A stretch of DNA of 51,697 nt. It comes from Phycisphaera mikurensis NBRC 102666. Lineage in GTDB: Bacteria > Planctomycetota > Phycisphaerae > Phycisphaerales > SM1A02. The notes under the pieces are model-generated. The model worked only from the letters and a program-made list of their open reading frames with translations. It did no database searches and had not been told where the DNA came from. The number at the start of each line of letters is the position of its first letter. The stretch's first letter is position 1. Where the stretch lies: assembly GCA_945890745.1 (NCBI GenBank), contig CAMDCW010000001.1, positions 1 through 51,697 of the forward strand, in the 5' to 3' direction. Shown piece by piece: positions 1-9,875 of the stretch. Made by a program: the position numbers and the translations under genes.

Positions 1-263
1 TGAAAATCGTGATATGGAAATCCGTTTAGCGTGACGATCGATAGTCCCACGGCCGCCAATCGATCTCGCAGTTCCGCGCCGCCGCCTATTGATTCAGAGA
101 GTTGTTCCGCAGATCGTGCAGAGAGCCACAATCCCAGTGGAAGCATGCCGTTGGGCGAAACGCGATCGCGAACCGGAACAAATACTCGCTGCACATGCTC
201 GCACGTCTCTCTGATAGTGCGACCCGCTACGACGTTGGTGCAATATGCGGGGAGCACTGGAAA

Positions 264-1151
264 TCAGGGCCGGCTACTCGATGAACTCGAGGACTTTGAC
301 GACTCTGACGAACCGGAGGATGCGCCGGATGAGGACTTTGCACCCGCCGATCCTGACGCTCCTACACCGCCCGAGGGTTGTTGGTTGCCGCCATTTGAAA
401 CCACTTCTGTGCGTGTCACAGTGGTCTTGCGACGTCCATCGCGAACCTCGACGGTGGTTTCCACTGTGACAATACTGTTACTTGATACACCGTTCTTGGT
501 CACCGAATGTGTTTCGGTAGACGTGGAGGTGGTGGTCGATGACCCGGTCTCGTCAGTTGGTTCCTCAGTGACTTCTACGGTCTTTTTAGGGGGAACTACT
601 GATGTAGCTGCCGGTGCTGTACTGGTGGTCGCGGGCAGATTTGCTGGTGCATCTGCCTTCTTGGCCTTGGCGATCGCTGCATCAAGTTCTGCGGTGGGCG
701 ATCCAATGAATGCAATGTTGCCATCTTTCCCAACCACAAACGATGTTGGAATCGTGTTGCGCTTTGCAGCGGTCATCCAAGTCTTCGCCATGGTGCCATC
801 GCCATCAAATGCAATTGCAAATCCAACGGCGTCTCCTTTAGCCTTGACAAAGTCGTCAACACGCTTGGTGCCATCCGCCGCGTCCTTGCCTCGCTCAAAT
901 CCAGCGACGCCGATGAACTGCACGTCTGGGTTTTGCTTCTGTAGTTCGGTGAGGTGTGGCATGCTGGCCACACATGGTCCACACCAAGTAGCCCAGAATT
1001 CAATCACGTGAACTTTCCCAAGCTCAAGCGTCTTCGCCTCTGGACCACGAACGAAGGAATCCACCGTGAAGGCGGGCGCTGGACTGCCCGGCACAAGCAC
1101 ATCACCGATTGCGAAGAAGGCCACCGTGGAGACGAGGGTTGAAATGAGCAT
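264..1151 (-). CDS. TlpA/ResA-like thioredoxin-fold thiol:disulfide oxidoreductase with a Ser/Thr-rich C-terminal tail
   Basis: 295-aa ORF with an N-terminal hydrophobic anchor (MLISTLVSTVAFFAIG). Redox motif WCGPC at residues 56-60 (nt 972-986) sits in the context VIEFWATWCGPCVASMPHL. The last ~120 aa are S/T/G-rich low complexity. Confidence 0.8.
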   Translation of the reverse strand: MLISTLVSTVAFFAIGDVLVPGSPAPAFTVDSFVRGPEAKTLELGKVHVIEFWATWCGPCVASMPHLTELQKQNPDVQFIGVAGFERGKDAADGTKRVDDFVKAKGDAVGFAIAFDGDGTMAKTWMTAAKRNTIPTSFVVGKDGNIAFIGSPTAELDAAIAKAKKADAPANLPATTSTAPAATSVVPPKKTVEVTEEPTDETGSSTTTSTSTETHSVTKNGVSSNSIVTVETTVEVRDGRRKTTVTRTEVVSNGGNQQPSGGVGASGSAGAKSSSGASSGSSESSKSSSSSSSRP

Positions 1152-1160
1152 GAAATCAGC

Positions 1161-1835
1161 CTACTCCCTGCGCGCCGCGTCGACGAGGCGGCGAATGACC
1201 CCAAGTCCCATGGTTTTGTCCTCCGTTCGCTCAGGATGCCATTGCACCCCAACATAAAAGGGCCTGGCGGCATCGCGAATTGCCTCAATGACCCCGTCGT
1301 CAGATACACCGATCACCTCAAGATGTGCGGCGCTGCCAAGTGCCTGGTGATGTGAACTGGCAACCAAACCGTCTCCGAGCGCGCTGGTCACCATGTGCTG
1401 GTAATCGTTTCGGTGCCGATCACTATCTGGCAATTGATCGCCAAGGTGCTGAATCAGCTCGGCACCATGATGAATGCCCATCAACTGCATGCCCAGGCAA
1501 ATGCCCAGCACGGGCATTTCTGGTGTTGCATCAAGTTGCTTGAGTAGGGCAAAGTCCGCAACTTGGCGCGCAGCATCCATCACCTTTGCTTGTGGGTGAA
1601 GTGGAATGCCGAGCGGGCGGGTATCGACATCGTCTCCACCGATGATGATGACGCCGTCCACCGCAGCAATCAGTTCGGCCCGGAGGTTGGCATCAGCGGG
1701 CAGGATGATGGGCAGCCCGCCGGCGGCTATGACCGCATCGATATAGGTAGCGCGCACCTGATGGCGCGCCCGCCCGTGCTCGTCACGGGCAATGTCCGCG
1801 GTAATGCCGATGCGTGGTCTGGTGGAATGAGCCAT
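1161..1835 (-). CDS. Class I glutamine amidotransferase-like hydrolase (peptidase C26 / gamma-glutamyl-GABA hydrolase family)
   Basis: The ORF is open to 1853. ATG at 1835 (MAHSTRPRIGITAD) is preferred. Motifs are GICLGMQLM (nucleophile Cys) and VQWHPE (His/Glu). Confidence 0.8.
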   Translation of the reverse strand: MAHSTRPRIGITADIARDEHGRARHQVRATYIDAVIAAGGLPIILPADANLRAELIAAVDGVIIIGGDDVDTRPLGIPLHPQAKVMDAARQVADFALLKQLDATPEMPVLGICLGMQLMGIHHGAELIQHLGDQLPDSDRHRNDYQHMVTSALGDGLVASSHHQALGSAAHLEVIGVSDDGVIEAIRDAARPFYVGVQWHPERTEDKTMGLGVIRRLVDAARRE

Positions 1836-1882
1836 GTGTAAACGATATTGCATCTACGGGCGAAACCGGGCATCATTCACCG

Positions 1883-3982
1883 ATGCGCCCAACTAATTCA
1901 GCCAGTATGACCACGGTGGTAGCCACCCTCTCTGCCTCCGTCGCGCTCGCCGACGTATCCCTTCCGGCCGCTTTCACTGACCATATGGTCCTGCAGCGCG
2001 ACCGGCGCACGCACGTCTTTGGCAGTGCGCAACCGGGCGAACAGATCACTGTGGAGTTGATTGATTCCAAGGGCGCGGTGCTTCGTAGTGGTAAAGCGAC
2101 CGCTGGTCAGGGTGGGCGGTTCGTTGTGGAATTGGCGCCGATGGCTGGCAGTGATGATCCACTCACGCTTGATGTGAAGGGTGCCAACACCATCAGTGTC
2201 AAGGATGTTGTGGTTGGTGACATCTGGGTGGCGGGTGGGCAGAGCAATATGGAATGGACCCTGGGTGGCACCGGCGAGCAGACCGCCGCTGGTGTCGCTA
2301 TTGCCAATGAGCCATCGATTCGCTTCCTTCGAGTGCCGCACGTCACTGCAAACCGCGCTGCTTTCACAGTGGCCGCTGCATGGAGAACCCTGACGCCCGC
2401 CAGCGCTCCAGACATGGGGGCTGTGGACTTCTGGTTTGCGCAACAATTGCGCAAGACAAACGGTGTGCCGATTGGAATTCTGGAAATCAACTGGGGTGGA
2501 ACGCGCGCAGAGCCGTGGACCGATTTGGCAACGCTTGGTGCTGACCCCCTCTACACCGCCCGGGTCACTGAACTACGACGCGCGGTCGACACGTGGAACT
2601 CACTTTCCGCCGCCGACCGCGAAGCTGCATATCAGGCTGATCGAAAGCTCTTTCAGGAGGCTGGTACTGCGTGGTGGAGTGCGATCAACGCCACCGACCC
2701 AGGAGCAAAGGGGAAGTGGTATTCCAAGGAAACGCCTGAAGAAGCGAGTGCGTGGAAACCCGTCATGCTGCCGATACGTTGGAACGCCGATCCAGTGCGC
2801 AGGAATGTTGATGGAATCGAGTGGTATCGCCGAACGATCGAAATTCCTGCGGAATGGGACGGGAAAGAGTGTGTAGTGGAACTTGGTGCCATTGATGATG
2901 CTGACGTTCTCTTTGTAAACGGGAAGCCAATCGCCAACACCATTTCTGACATTGGAACCGCACGTAAGTACCGCGTCCCGGCGGCACTGATGAAGGCTGG
3001 GCCGTGCACCATCGCTGTTGAACTCCTTGATATGCAGGGTGAGGGTGGCTTTAGTGGCCCCCCGGACGCCATGCGGATTTCCTGCGCTGCTGCCAACAAC
3101 GCTTCTCTTCCACTATCAGGCGAGTGGTTGGCCCGTATGGGTCGATCGGCTTCCGGATTGCCTCAGCCACCGGCACGCCCGTCGCAAGAAACTGCTCCTG
3201 GCACTGGATACGGTGACCCCGCATCGATGTTCAATGCCATGATTGCTCCATTTGCCGGGGTCGAAATCAAGGGGGCCATTTGGTATCAGGGTGAGTCCAA
3301 CGCTGGATCAATCGCTGATGCTGAGGCGTACCGATCGTTGTTGCCACTCACTATTCGCAGTTGGCGCGCGGCGTTTCAGCAACCAGACATGCCGTTCGGG
3401 ATTGTTAGTTTGGCATCCCACCATGCTCATCAAGAAAATGAGGCTATTGCCGGCGTGTGGCCACTGTTGCGTGATGCACAACTTGCCACTGAGCGTTCAT
3501 CGCCCAACGCTGGTGTGGTCACCACGATTGATGTTGGTAACGCTGATGACATCCACCCACGTGACAAGCGAACGGTTGGTGAGCGGCTCGCGCAATGGGC
3601 CATGGCGACCTCGTATGGACAGCCAGATACCGCGTGGCGTGGACCGCGAACCAAGAGTGTTCGTCGGGACACCGATGGCATCATCATTGACTTTGACGTG
3701 GAGCGTGGACGCCTGGTAACACGTGATGGAAAGGCGCCAGCCAGCTTCGCAATTGCTGGTGCTGATGGAAAGTTTGTGAAGGCGGATGCGGAATTGCGCC
3801 CACCCAACGCGATCAAGATTCGGAGTTCTGCTGTGCCATTGCCAGTAGAGGTTCGTTACGCATGGCAAGACAATCCCGCTGATGCGAATGTGGTCGATGA
3901 GATATCCAAGTTGCCCGCGCACCCATTCCGTGTTCGTGTTGAAGCGGATCCAATACAGACGCAGCCTGCAAATTCGCCATGA
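1883..3982 (+). CDS. Sialate O-acetylesterase-like (SGNH/DUF303) secreted carbohydrate esterase
   Basis: The ORF is open from GTG 1814. ATG 1883 gives a signal-peptide-like start (MRPTNSASMTTVVATLSASVALA), and ATG 1907 is also possible. Family motifs are GGQSNMEW and WYQGESN. Confidence 0.75.
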   Translation: MRPTNSASMTTVVATLSASVALADVSLPAAFTDHMVLQRDRRTHVFGSAQPGEQITVELIDSKGAVLRSGKATAGQGGRFVVELAPMAGSDDPLTLDVKGANTISVKDVVVGDIWVAGGQSNMEWTLGGTGEQTAAGVAIANEPSIRFLRVPHVTANRAAFTVAAAWRTLTPASAPDMGAVDFWFAQQLRKTNGVPIGILEINWGGTRAEPWTDLATLGADPLYTARVTELRRAVDTWNSLSAADREAAYQADRKLFQEAGTAWWSAINATDPGAKGKWYSKETPEEASAWKPVMLPIRWNADPVRRNVDGIEWYRRTIEIPAEWDGKECVVELGAIDDADVLFVNGKPIANTISDIGTARKYRVPAALMKAGPCTIAVELLDMQGEGGFSGPPDAMRISCAAANNASLPLSGEWLARMGRSASGLPQPPARPSQETAPGTGYGDPASMFNAMIAPFAGVEIKGAIWYQGESNAGSIADAEAYRSLLPLTIRSWRAAFQQPDMPFGIVSLASHHAHQENEAIAGVWPLLRDAQLATERSSPNAGVVTTIDVGNADDIHPRDKRTVGERLAQWAMATSYGQPDTAWRGPRTKSVRRDTDGIIIDFDVERGRLVTRDGKAPASFAIAGADGKFVKADAELRPPNAIKIRSSAVPLPVEVRYAWQDNPADANVVDEISKLPAHPFRVRVEADPIQTQPANSP

Positions 3983-4461
3983 ATAGCCCGCCAATTCCAC
4001 TTGCTCGTTCCATTCTTGGAATGTTCGCTGGTTATGTCTTGTCGGTGGTGTTGCTCCTGTTGCTGGTTGCTCTGTGTTACATCGAGCTTGGATCAGAAGG
4101 CGTGTTTGTTGCTAGCTCATACCGCGACACTTCGCTCTTTGAGATTCTCAAGCTGGCGTGTGGATGTGTCGCCGCTATTGCGGCAGGTTGGCTCGCAGTC
4201 CGGATCGGGGGAATGCGCGCCGCCCTGATGTTGGCGGTGCTCATGGCCGTCACAGGCCTTGTGAATGGCTCGATCGCATGGAACAAACAAGAGTCGCGTC
4301 AAGAGCCTTGGCTTGAACGAGCGCCTGGCCCCGTCAACTTCACGCTGGCTGGTGAGAACACGCAAAATAGCGCGATGTATATATTTTCCTTGCCCTTTGT
4401 TGGACTCGCTGGATCACTTGCTGGCGGGGCTCTATGTGCCGCCATTCAGCGCAAGCGTTAA
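3979..4461 (+). CDS. Hypothetical integral membrane protein (about 4 hydrophobic helices)
   Basis: 160-aa ORF. Its start overlaps the esterase stop (ATGA at 3979-3982). It contains several 20-aa hydrophobic stretches. No recognisable motif. Confidence 0.55.
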   Translation: MNSPPIPLARSILGMFAGYVLSVVLLLLLVALCYIELGSEGVFVASSYRDTSLFEILKLACGCVAAIAAGWLAVRIGGMRAALMLAVLMAVTGLVNGSIAWNKQESRQEPWLERAPGPVNFTLAGENTQNSAMYIFSLPFVGLAGSLAGGALCAAIQRKR

Positions 4462-6065
4462 GCGTTTGTTGGCCGCACCTGCAGCACCGCGGTCCACTTT
4501 CCAGGCTTCATCCAGCCGCGCGCAGCGATGAATGCCGCCAGTGTCCCGAGCGATGCCACTGCATATCCGATGGCGTACGAGTGGGCCACCGTGGTCTGCA
4601 TGGATTCAAGGTGTGGGCTCGCTGCTGCTTCTGTATGAGCGCTTGCATCGCCAGAGCGCATCATCATTCGTAGTTCAGCGACCTGTTCGCGCGGAGCGGC
4701 ACCGTCAGCAGCACCGAACCATCCGATTGCCAGCGAGACCGTCGCTGCAACCACCGCCACACCGACACTTCCACCAATCTGCCGAAACGTCTGCACTAGC
4801 CCAGAGACTTGACCGCGTTCTGAGTGGGGCACGCGACCAAGTGCGTCAGTATTGGTCGGGCTCATGGTGAAGGCAATGCCAATGCCAAGCACAAACATCC
4901 CCGCGGCCATGACTGGGTAACTCTGAGTCCAAGCACCCACCGCTTGTATCACCATGCCAACCGTTGCTGCCGCGGTCCCCCATGAAGCGGGCGCACGAAC
5001 ACCCGATCGGTCGTACCAACGTCCCGCTACATGGACAATGAGAATGACCGGCGCCAATAATGGAAGCAGGGATAAACCTGCTTGAAACGGCGTAAACCCA
5101 AGCACTTCTTGCGCATAGACCGAACCAGCAATCACTAGCCCAGTCATGGCAAACTGCATGCTTGCAATCACCAACGCATCGGCAAGAAGCGCTCGGTCGG
5201 TAAACAAACGTAGACGCAACAATGGGTGTGGGTGCCGAAGTTGCCGCAACACAAACACCACCAATACCGCTGCGCCGCCACCGAGCAAACTCAATGTCGT
5301 TGGGTCCGTCCATGCCATCGTCCCGTTCGCCCCAACAGTGCCAAGTTGCTGCAAGCCGTACACGAACGATGGAAGTCCAATGATCAACAGCGCGCCGCCG
5401 ATCCAATCGATGGTTCGGTCCACGCTTCGAGCATCGCGCGGGCGGGCAACCGCCGTCAGTGCGACAGCGCCAACCGCCACTGGAACATTCAGCCAGAACA
5501 CCCATGGCCATCCCATGTTCTCAACAATGAATCCACCAAGCGCTGGTCCGATCGCCATGAAAACCAGCGGAATTCCCACATAGACCGCCATGGCTTTGCC
5601 GCGCTCACCTGGTGCAAATGCGCCGATGACAAGTGCGCCCGATGCCGGCTGCATCAAGCACGCCGCCACTCCTTGCAATATTCGTCCAACAATCAATTGT
5701 GTTCCATCGTGTGCAGAAGCGCACATGATGCTGGCGAGTGCGAAACCAACAACACCCGCTATGAATGTAGGAACCTTGCCAATCAAATCGCCGATGCGGC
5801 CACCAAGCGCCATGAGTGAAGCCAATGTGATCAGGTAACTGGTGATGATCCAAGCCTGATCAACATCACTCATTGAAAGCGCAGAGCCCATGCGTGGTAG
5901 CGCCACGCCAACCACCGTCATGTCCACAAAAATCATCGCAAGGCTTCCAGTCATTGCCAGCAATACCAGCCACCGTCGCTGTTGTACGCCGTCAGCTGCA
6001 AGGTGCCCGTGGTGTCCATGGGGAACCGGTGGGCCGTGGTGAGGTGGTGTATTGCTGCGGTCCAT
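4458..6065 (-). CDS. MFS transporter, DHA2 (EmrB/QacA-like, ~14 TMS) family
   Basis: 535 aa. It has many regularly spaced hydrophobic segments. The N-terminal MFS signature region is LAMIFVDMTVVGVALP...GRIGDLIGK. The N-terminus is His/Pro-rich. Confidence 0.8.
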   Translation of the reverse strand: MDRSNTPPHHGPPVPHGHHGHLAADGVQQRRWLVLLAMTGSLAMIFVDMTVVGVALPRMGSALSMSDVDQAWIITSYLITLASLMALGGRIGDLIGKVPTFIAGVVGFALASIMCASAHDGTQLIVGRILQGVAACLMQPASGALVIGAFAPGERGKAMAVYVGIPLVFMAIGPALGGFIVENMGWPWVFWLNVPVAVGAVALTAVARPRDARSVDRTIDWIGGALLIIGLPSFVYGLQQLGTVGANGTMAWTDPTTLSLLGGGAAVLVVFVLRQLRHPHPLLRLRLFTDRALLADALVIASMQFAMTGLVIAGSVYAQEVLGFTPFQAGLSLLPLLAPVILIVHVAGRWYDRSGVRAPASWGTAAATVGMVIQAVGAWTQSYPVMAAGMFVLGIGIAFTMSPTNTDALGRVPHSERGQVSGLVQTFRQIGGSVGVAVVAATVSLAIGWFGAADGAAPREQVAELRMMMRSGDASAHTEAAASPHLESMQTTVAHSYAIGYAVASLGTLAAFIAARGWMKPGKWTAVLQVRPTNA

Positions 6066-6116
6066 CGCGAGGGTGCCCCTTGTGTGGTTCGATCGAAAAT
6101 AAACTTCCGGGCAACG

Positions 6117-6950
6117 TCAGCGGGTGATGTCTGGCGCGGTGGGTCGAAGTGGTTCAGCACTAAACCGACCGGATTGTGACAGGAATCGTTGTGGGTTTCC
6201 AAACGTCACTTGTCGGACCAAGCTTTCCAAGTGGCCACGGCGGCGCATTTCCATCTGTGCCTTGGGAACCGCTATTGGATCGCTGTGACCCCAGTCGCCG
6301 GCGGAATTCATCCAAATGCGCTCGCTTCCATACGTTTCAATGATGTCCACGGCGCGTTGTGGCGTGCACTTGGTGTCTGGGTAGAGCGTCATGCCACACC
6401 AGAAGCCCTGATCAAGCACGTGTTTGGCGGTGTGCTCTTCGACGTGGTCAATCAACACCCGTCCCGGATCAAGTTTAGGAAAGCGACGAATTGCGTCCAA
6501 AATCAGCAGGGTGCCCTTGAGTTTGTCTTCTAAATGCGGCGTGTGCACAAGTACCAAGAGGTTGTGGTCGCTGGCAAGTTGTAAGTGCGCCTCCAATATC
6601 TCCATCTCGTTGCGGCTGTTCTTGTTGAGCCCGATCTCGCCAATACCAAGAACGTTTTCCTTTTTCAAGAATTCCGGGATGAGCGCTATCACCTCGCGAG
6701 CAAACACTGGATCTTCGGACTCTTTTGGATTAATGCACAGCCACGTGTGATGGCGAATTCCATACTGCGCCGCGCGCCGTGGTTCTGATTCCGTTAGTTG
6801 ACGGAAATAGTCAAAGAAGCCCTGTGGACTTGATCGGTCATATCCCGCCCAAAATGCAGGCTCGGTGATCGCCACACAACCCGCTCGTGCCATGTGCACA
6901 TAGTCGTCAGTGCTGCGACTCACCATGTGGACGTGTGGATCGATGTACAT
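6117..6950 (-). CDS. TatD-related metal-dependent hydrolase (amidohydrolase fold; EboB-like)
   Basis: 277 aa beginning MYIDPHVHM (HxH metal site). Later blocks are GIGEIGLN, LVLVHTPH and IDHVEEH, typical of the TatD-like TIM-barrel hydrolase family. Confidence 0.7.
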   Translation of the reverse strand: MYIDPHVHMVSRSTDDYVHMARAGCVAITEPAFWAGYDRSSPQGFFDYFRQLTESEPRRAAQYGIRHHTWLCINPKESEDPVFAREVIALIPEFLKKENVLGIGEIGLNKNSRNEMEILEAHLQLASDHNLLVLVHTPHLEDKLKGTLLILDAIRRFPKLDPGRVLIDHVEEHTAKHVLDQGFWCGMTLYPDTKCTPQRAVDIIETYGSERIWMNSAGDWGHSDPIAVPKAQMEMRRRGHLESLVRQVTFGNPQRFLSQSGRFSAEPLRPTAPDITR

Positions 6951-6952
6951 GG

Positions 6953-7267
6953 TTAGTGCGCCTTTCCGATCGGATCATGGGCGCCTGTTGCGCCTTTGAC
7001 GTGCGCGGCGGGAATTGGCGTTGTGCTTGGGTCGCTGAAGTGTTCCAAGATGCGGCGAGTGCGTTCTGGCTTGCCATCCAGCAACAGCGCGATCGCGTTG
7101 CGGTACGCGTTCATCCGAAAGTCATCCACGCCTGGCCCAGCGCGATCAATGCGGTCAAGAAATGCCGCCACATCAAGTAGTCGAGCGCGGTGCTCCATGA
7201 AATACGCATCAACGACCTGTGTGCGCGTCATGGAATGATGGTTCAGCTTGGGCGTTGCTTCGCTCAT
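6953..7267 (-). CDS. Hypothetical small protein (104 aa) sandwiched in the DHQS-like/TatD-like operon
   Basis: Same strand as its neighbours, with only a 2-nt gap to the TatD-like gene. No motif recognised. Confidence 0.45.
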   Translation of the reverse strand: MSEATPKLNHHSMTRTQVVDAYFMEHRARLLDVAAFLDRIDRAGPGVDDFRMNAYRNAIALLLDGKPERTRRILEHFSDPSTTPIPAAHVKGATGAHDPIGKAH

Positions 7268-7320
7268 GTCTGAAGTCTAGGGGTACGGCGCACTGGCGAT
7301 TGAACCGCAGGTTGCCGCCC

Positions 7321-8526
7321 TTATGAACCCCGAGCGGTGAGCGCAATCGCCGCACCAAGGATGGCTGGATCGATGGAGTGAACGTCTACTGGATCGCCAA
7401 TTCCCCGTAGCAAAGTGATGGTGAGCTGCCCCCCAAGGTGCTCGCGAAACTCAGTTAGTCCGGCAACAATTCCATCAAGATTGGCGAGTAGGGGATGTGT
7501 CACTGGTAAGTCAAGCGCGCGAAGCACGGCAATCACCCGGCGCGCTTCTGGGGTTGGCATCAGTCCCGCACATTCTGAATAGAGCGTGTCAATTGCAACA
7601 CCAATCGCTACTGCTTGGCCGTGTGGCAATGTGCCGTTGGTCATCCCCTCAAGCCGGTGTGCCAACCAGTGACCGAAATCCAATGGACGAGCGCTGTGTG
7701 TCTCAAACGGATCACCACCCGACATAATGTGGCGGTAATGAAGTTCCGCACTCCGGGTGATCACTGGTAGAGCGGCGTCCATTGATCGGTGCGCAATGGC
7801 TACTGCATCTCGCTCAATACGATTGAACAGCTCGGGATCACGAAGCAGAGCAATCTTCACCGCCTCGCTAAATCCACCACACCACGACCAGTCGGGTGTT
7901 GACTGCAGAAAGTTCGTGTCGCAAATCACTGCGTGGGGGAGTGTGAAACTTCCGATGAAGTTCTTCTTGGAACCAAGGTTTATGCCGTTCTTTACGGCCA
8001 TTCCAGCGTCGTCTTGCGCAAGGGTGGTTGTTGGTAAGCGCAGCAGCCGCACGCCACGGTGGGCAATTGATGCACCAAATCCAACCGCGTCCAGCACTGC
8101 ACCACCACCAATCGCCATCACAAAACTCTGGCGATCAATGCCATGTTCATCAACAACACGCACCACGCGGTCAACAACACTCATTGACTGCTTTGCTTGC
8201 TCGCCACCAGGAACAGCCTCGACAAGTGTGAGTTCAGGAAATGAACCCTTGCTAGTGGATTGCGTCTGGGTTGCGTTGGTAGAAACCGCCATGTAATTCC
8301 GAATGTCGTCGGGAAGCGACGGGTGCGCGTCCAACACATTGCTGTCAATAAACGCCACCATTCGGCGAGTTGCTGGTTCGGCGGTGGCGCCTCGTGTGGG
8401 TGAATCCAACACAGAGCGCAATGTGGGGTTTGTCACCAAGAACACCCCGCGCGTGAATGTCACCCGGTGCCGAAGTTGCACCGATAGTGGCGTATCAAGC
8501 GTGGTGGTTCGATTGCTATGCGTCAT
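7321..8526 (-). CDS. 3-dehydroquinate synthase-family sugar phosphate cyclase (EboD-like; probably not the housekeeping aroB)
   Basis: 401 aa. DHQS-family blocks are IGGGAVLDAVGF, RLPTTTLAQDDAG, KNGIN..KNFIGSF..P, FGHWLAHRLE and HGQAVAIGV. Confidence 0.75.
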   Translation of the reverse strand: MTHSNRTTTLDTPLSVQLRHRVTFTRGVFLVTNPTLRSVLDSPTRGATAEPATRRMVAFIDSNVLDAHPSLPDDIRNYMAVSTNATQTQSTSKGSFPELTLVEAVPGGEQAKQSMSVVDRVVRVVDEHGIDRQSFVMAIGGGAVLDAVGFGASIAHRGVRLLRLPTTTLAQDDAGMAVKNGINLGSKKNFIGSFTLPHAVICDTNFLQSTPDWSWCGGFSEAVKIALLRDPELFNRIERDAVAIAHRSMDAALPVITRSAELHYRHIMSGGDPFETHSARPLDFGHWLAHRLEGMTNGTLPHGQAVAIGVAIDTLYSECAGLMPTPEARRVIAVLRALDLPVTHPLLANLDGIVAGLTEFREHLGGQLTITLLRGIGDPVDVHSIDPAILGAAIALTARGS

Positions 8527-8593
8527 GGCGGTCGAGCATGGTAGGCAAAGACACTAATGAACCACACACGGGACTATGGCGTGAGGTGCTGCA

Positions 8594-9733
8594 TCACGGC
8601 GCCGCGCGAACCATGTGTTTGGATGCATCACCAAGTGTGGCGGTGAGGGACATCACAGTGCCAGCACGAATGACCTCGATCGGTACCGCAACACCTGGCG
8701 CGCACAAGCGAACCGCCCGCATCACCCGCTGGGGATTGATGGTCTCTTCGCCGTTCACTTTGACAACAATGTCGCCAACCTGCACTCCAGCGTTGGCGGC
8801 TGCGCCACCTGGAACGACCTGGTTTACAAGTACCCCTTGACCGTTGAACCCAACCTGTGCTGCCACGCGCGCATCAAGTGGCTGCATCTGGATTCCCAAG
8901 AATCCCCGCGATGGCGCGCTTCCGGCAATGATTGACTCGACCACACTTTTCGCCATATTTGACGGGATCGCAAAGCTGATTCCATCGGAACCGCCACTTC
9001 GGCTTTCGATGGCGGTGTTGATACCAACCACACGACCATCCATATCAACAAGTGGTCCACCGGAGTTACCCGGGTTAATGGTGGCGTCGGTCTGCAGGTA
9101 GCTTTCCAGCGGGCTCAAACCAACCTCGCGGCCGCGAGCACTGATGATGCCGGCAGTGACGCTGTCTTTCAATCCAAACGGTGATCCAAGTGCAATCACC
9201 CAATCGCCAACCTCCGCCGCGTCGCTATCGCCAAATTCGATGGGGGACAAGCCACCAACATCAATCTTCAGTACTGCAATGTCAGTTTCTTGATCAGAAC
9301 CAACCAATGCCGCACTGGCCACCCGACCATCGTTCAGCCGCACTTTGAACGCGCCGCCCGAGCGAATGACGTGATTGTTAGTGACCACATACCCCTCTTC
9401 CGCCACAATGAATCCCGTACCAACACCCATCGGGGCGCCGTGTGGAACCATTCCTTGCGGAACCATACGACCACCTTGGCGGCGCACGATGGTTTGTTCA
9501 GGGGTGACCTCGATCGAAACCACCGAAGGCCCGGCTAGTTTGGATATCGCCCGAAACGCCCGGGAAATGCTCTTGGCATGCCCGATCGCCGCTTGATCCT
9601 CGGTTGACAACGTTGCGACAGGCCCTTGCTGCTCGCCCCCTCCGACTGGGGTAGGGGGGTCCGCCGCCACTGTCATGGCAGGGATCATTGCGAGCGCGCC
9701 CAATACGACCGCTGACGAAATGATGTTTCGCAT
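8594..9733 (-). CDS. HtrA/DegP-family periplasmic serine protease with one PDZ domain
   Basis: The ORF is open to 9805. ATG 9733 gives a signal peptide (MRNIISSAVVLGALAMIPAMTVAA). Catalytic blocks are VVTNNHVI, ETDIAVLKI and GNSGGPL. A C-terminal PDZ-like region begins GFLGIQMQPL. Confidence 0.85.
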   Translation of the reverse strand: MRNIISSAVVLGALAMIPAMTVAADPPTPVGGGEQQGPVATLSTEDQAAIGHAKSISRAFRAISKLAGPSVVSIEVTPEQTIVRRQGGRMVPQGMVPHGAPMGVGTGFIVAEEGYVVTNNHVIRSGGAFKVRLNDGRVASAALVGSDQETDIAVLKIDVGGLSPIEFGDSDAAEVGDWVIALGSPFGLKDSVTAGIISARGREVGLSPLESYLQTDATINPGNSGGPLVDMDGRVVGINTAIESRSGGSDGISFAIPSNMAKSVVESIIAGSAPSRGFLGIQMQPLDARVAAQVGFNGQGVLVNQVVPGGAAANAGVQVGDIVVKVNGEETINPQRVMRAVRLCAPGVAVPIEVIRAGTVMSLTATLGDASKHMVRAAP

Positions 9734-9875
9734 GGGCTCGTTACGCGCCTTAATCAGCACTGTTCGCGCAAATGGCGGATTCGTAAGTGAAAATCGGATT
9801 ATCACACACTAGCGGGGTGGGACACAGCGAACCATGACAGACCCAGCAGACCAAGAAACATCTGCTCGGTACGCC

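Noticed and set aside
86-196. 36-aa minus-strand ORF (MCSEYLFRFAIAFRPTACFHWDCGSLHDLRNNSLNQ) downstream of the redoxin gene
   Set aside because: It contains cysteines and is tempting next to a thiol oxidoreductase. It is too short, has no recognisable ribosome-binding context or motif, and cannot be tested without comparative data.
31-1011. 326-aa plus-strand ORF covering the start of the window
   Set aside because: It runs antisense to the well-supported TlpA-like redoxin gene (264-1151). Its sequence is low complexity and mirrors the Ser/Thr-rich tail codons. No motif was found. It is treated as a shadow ORF.
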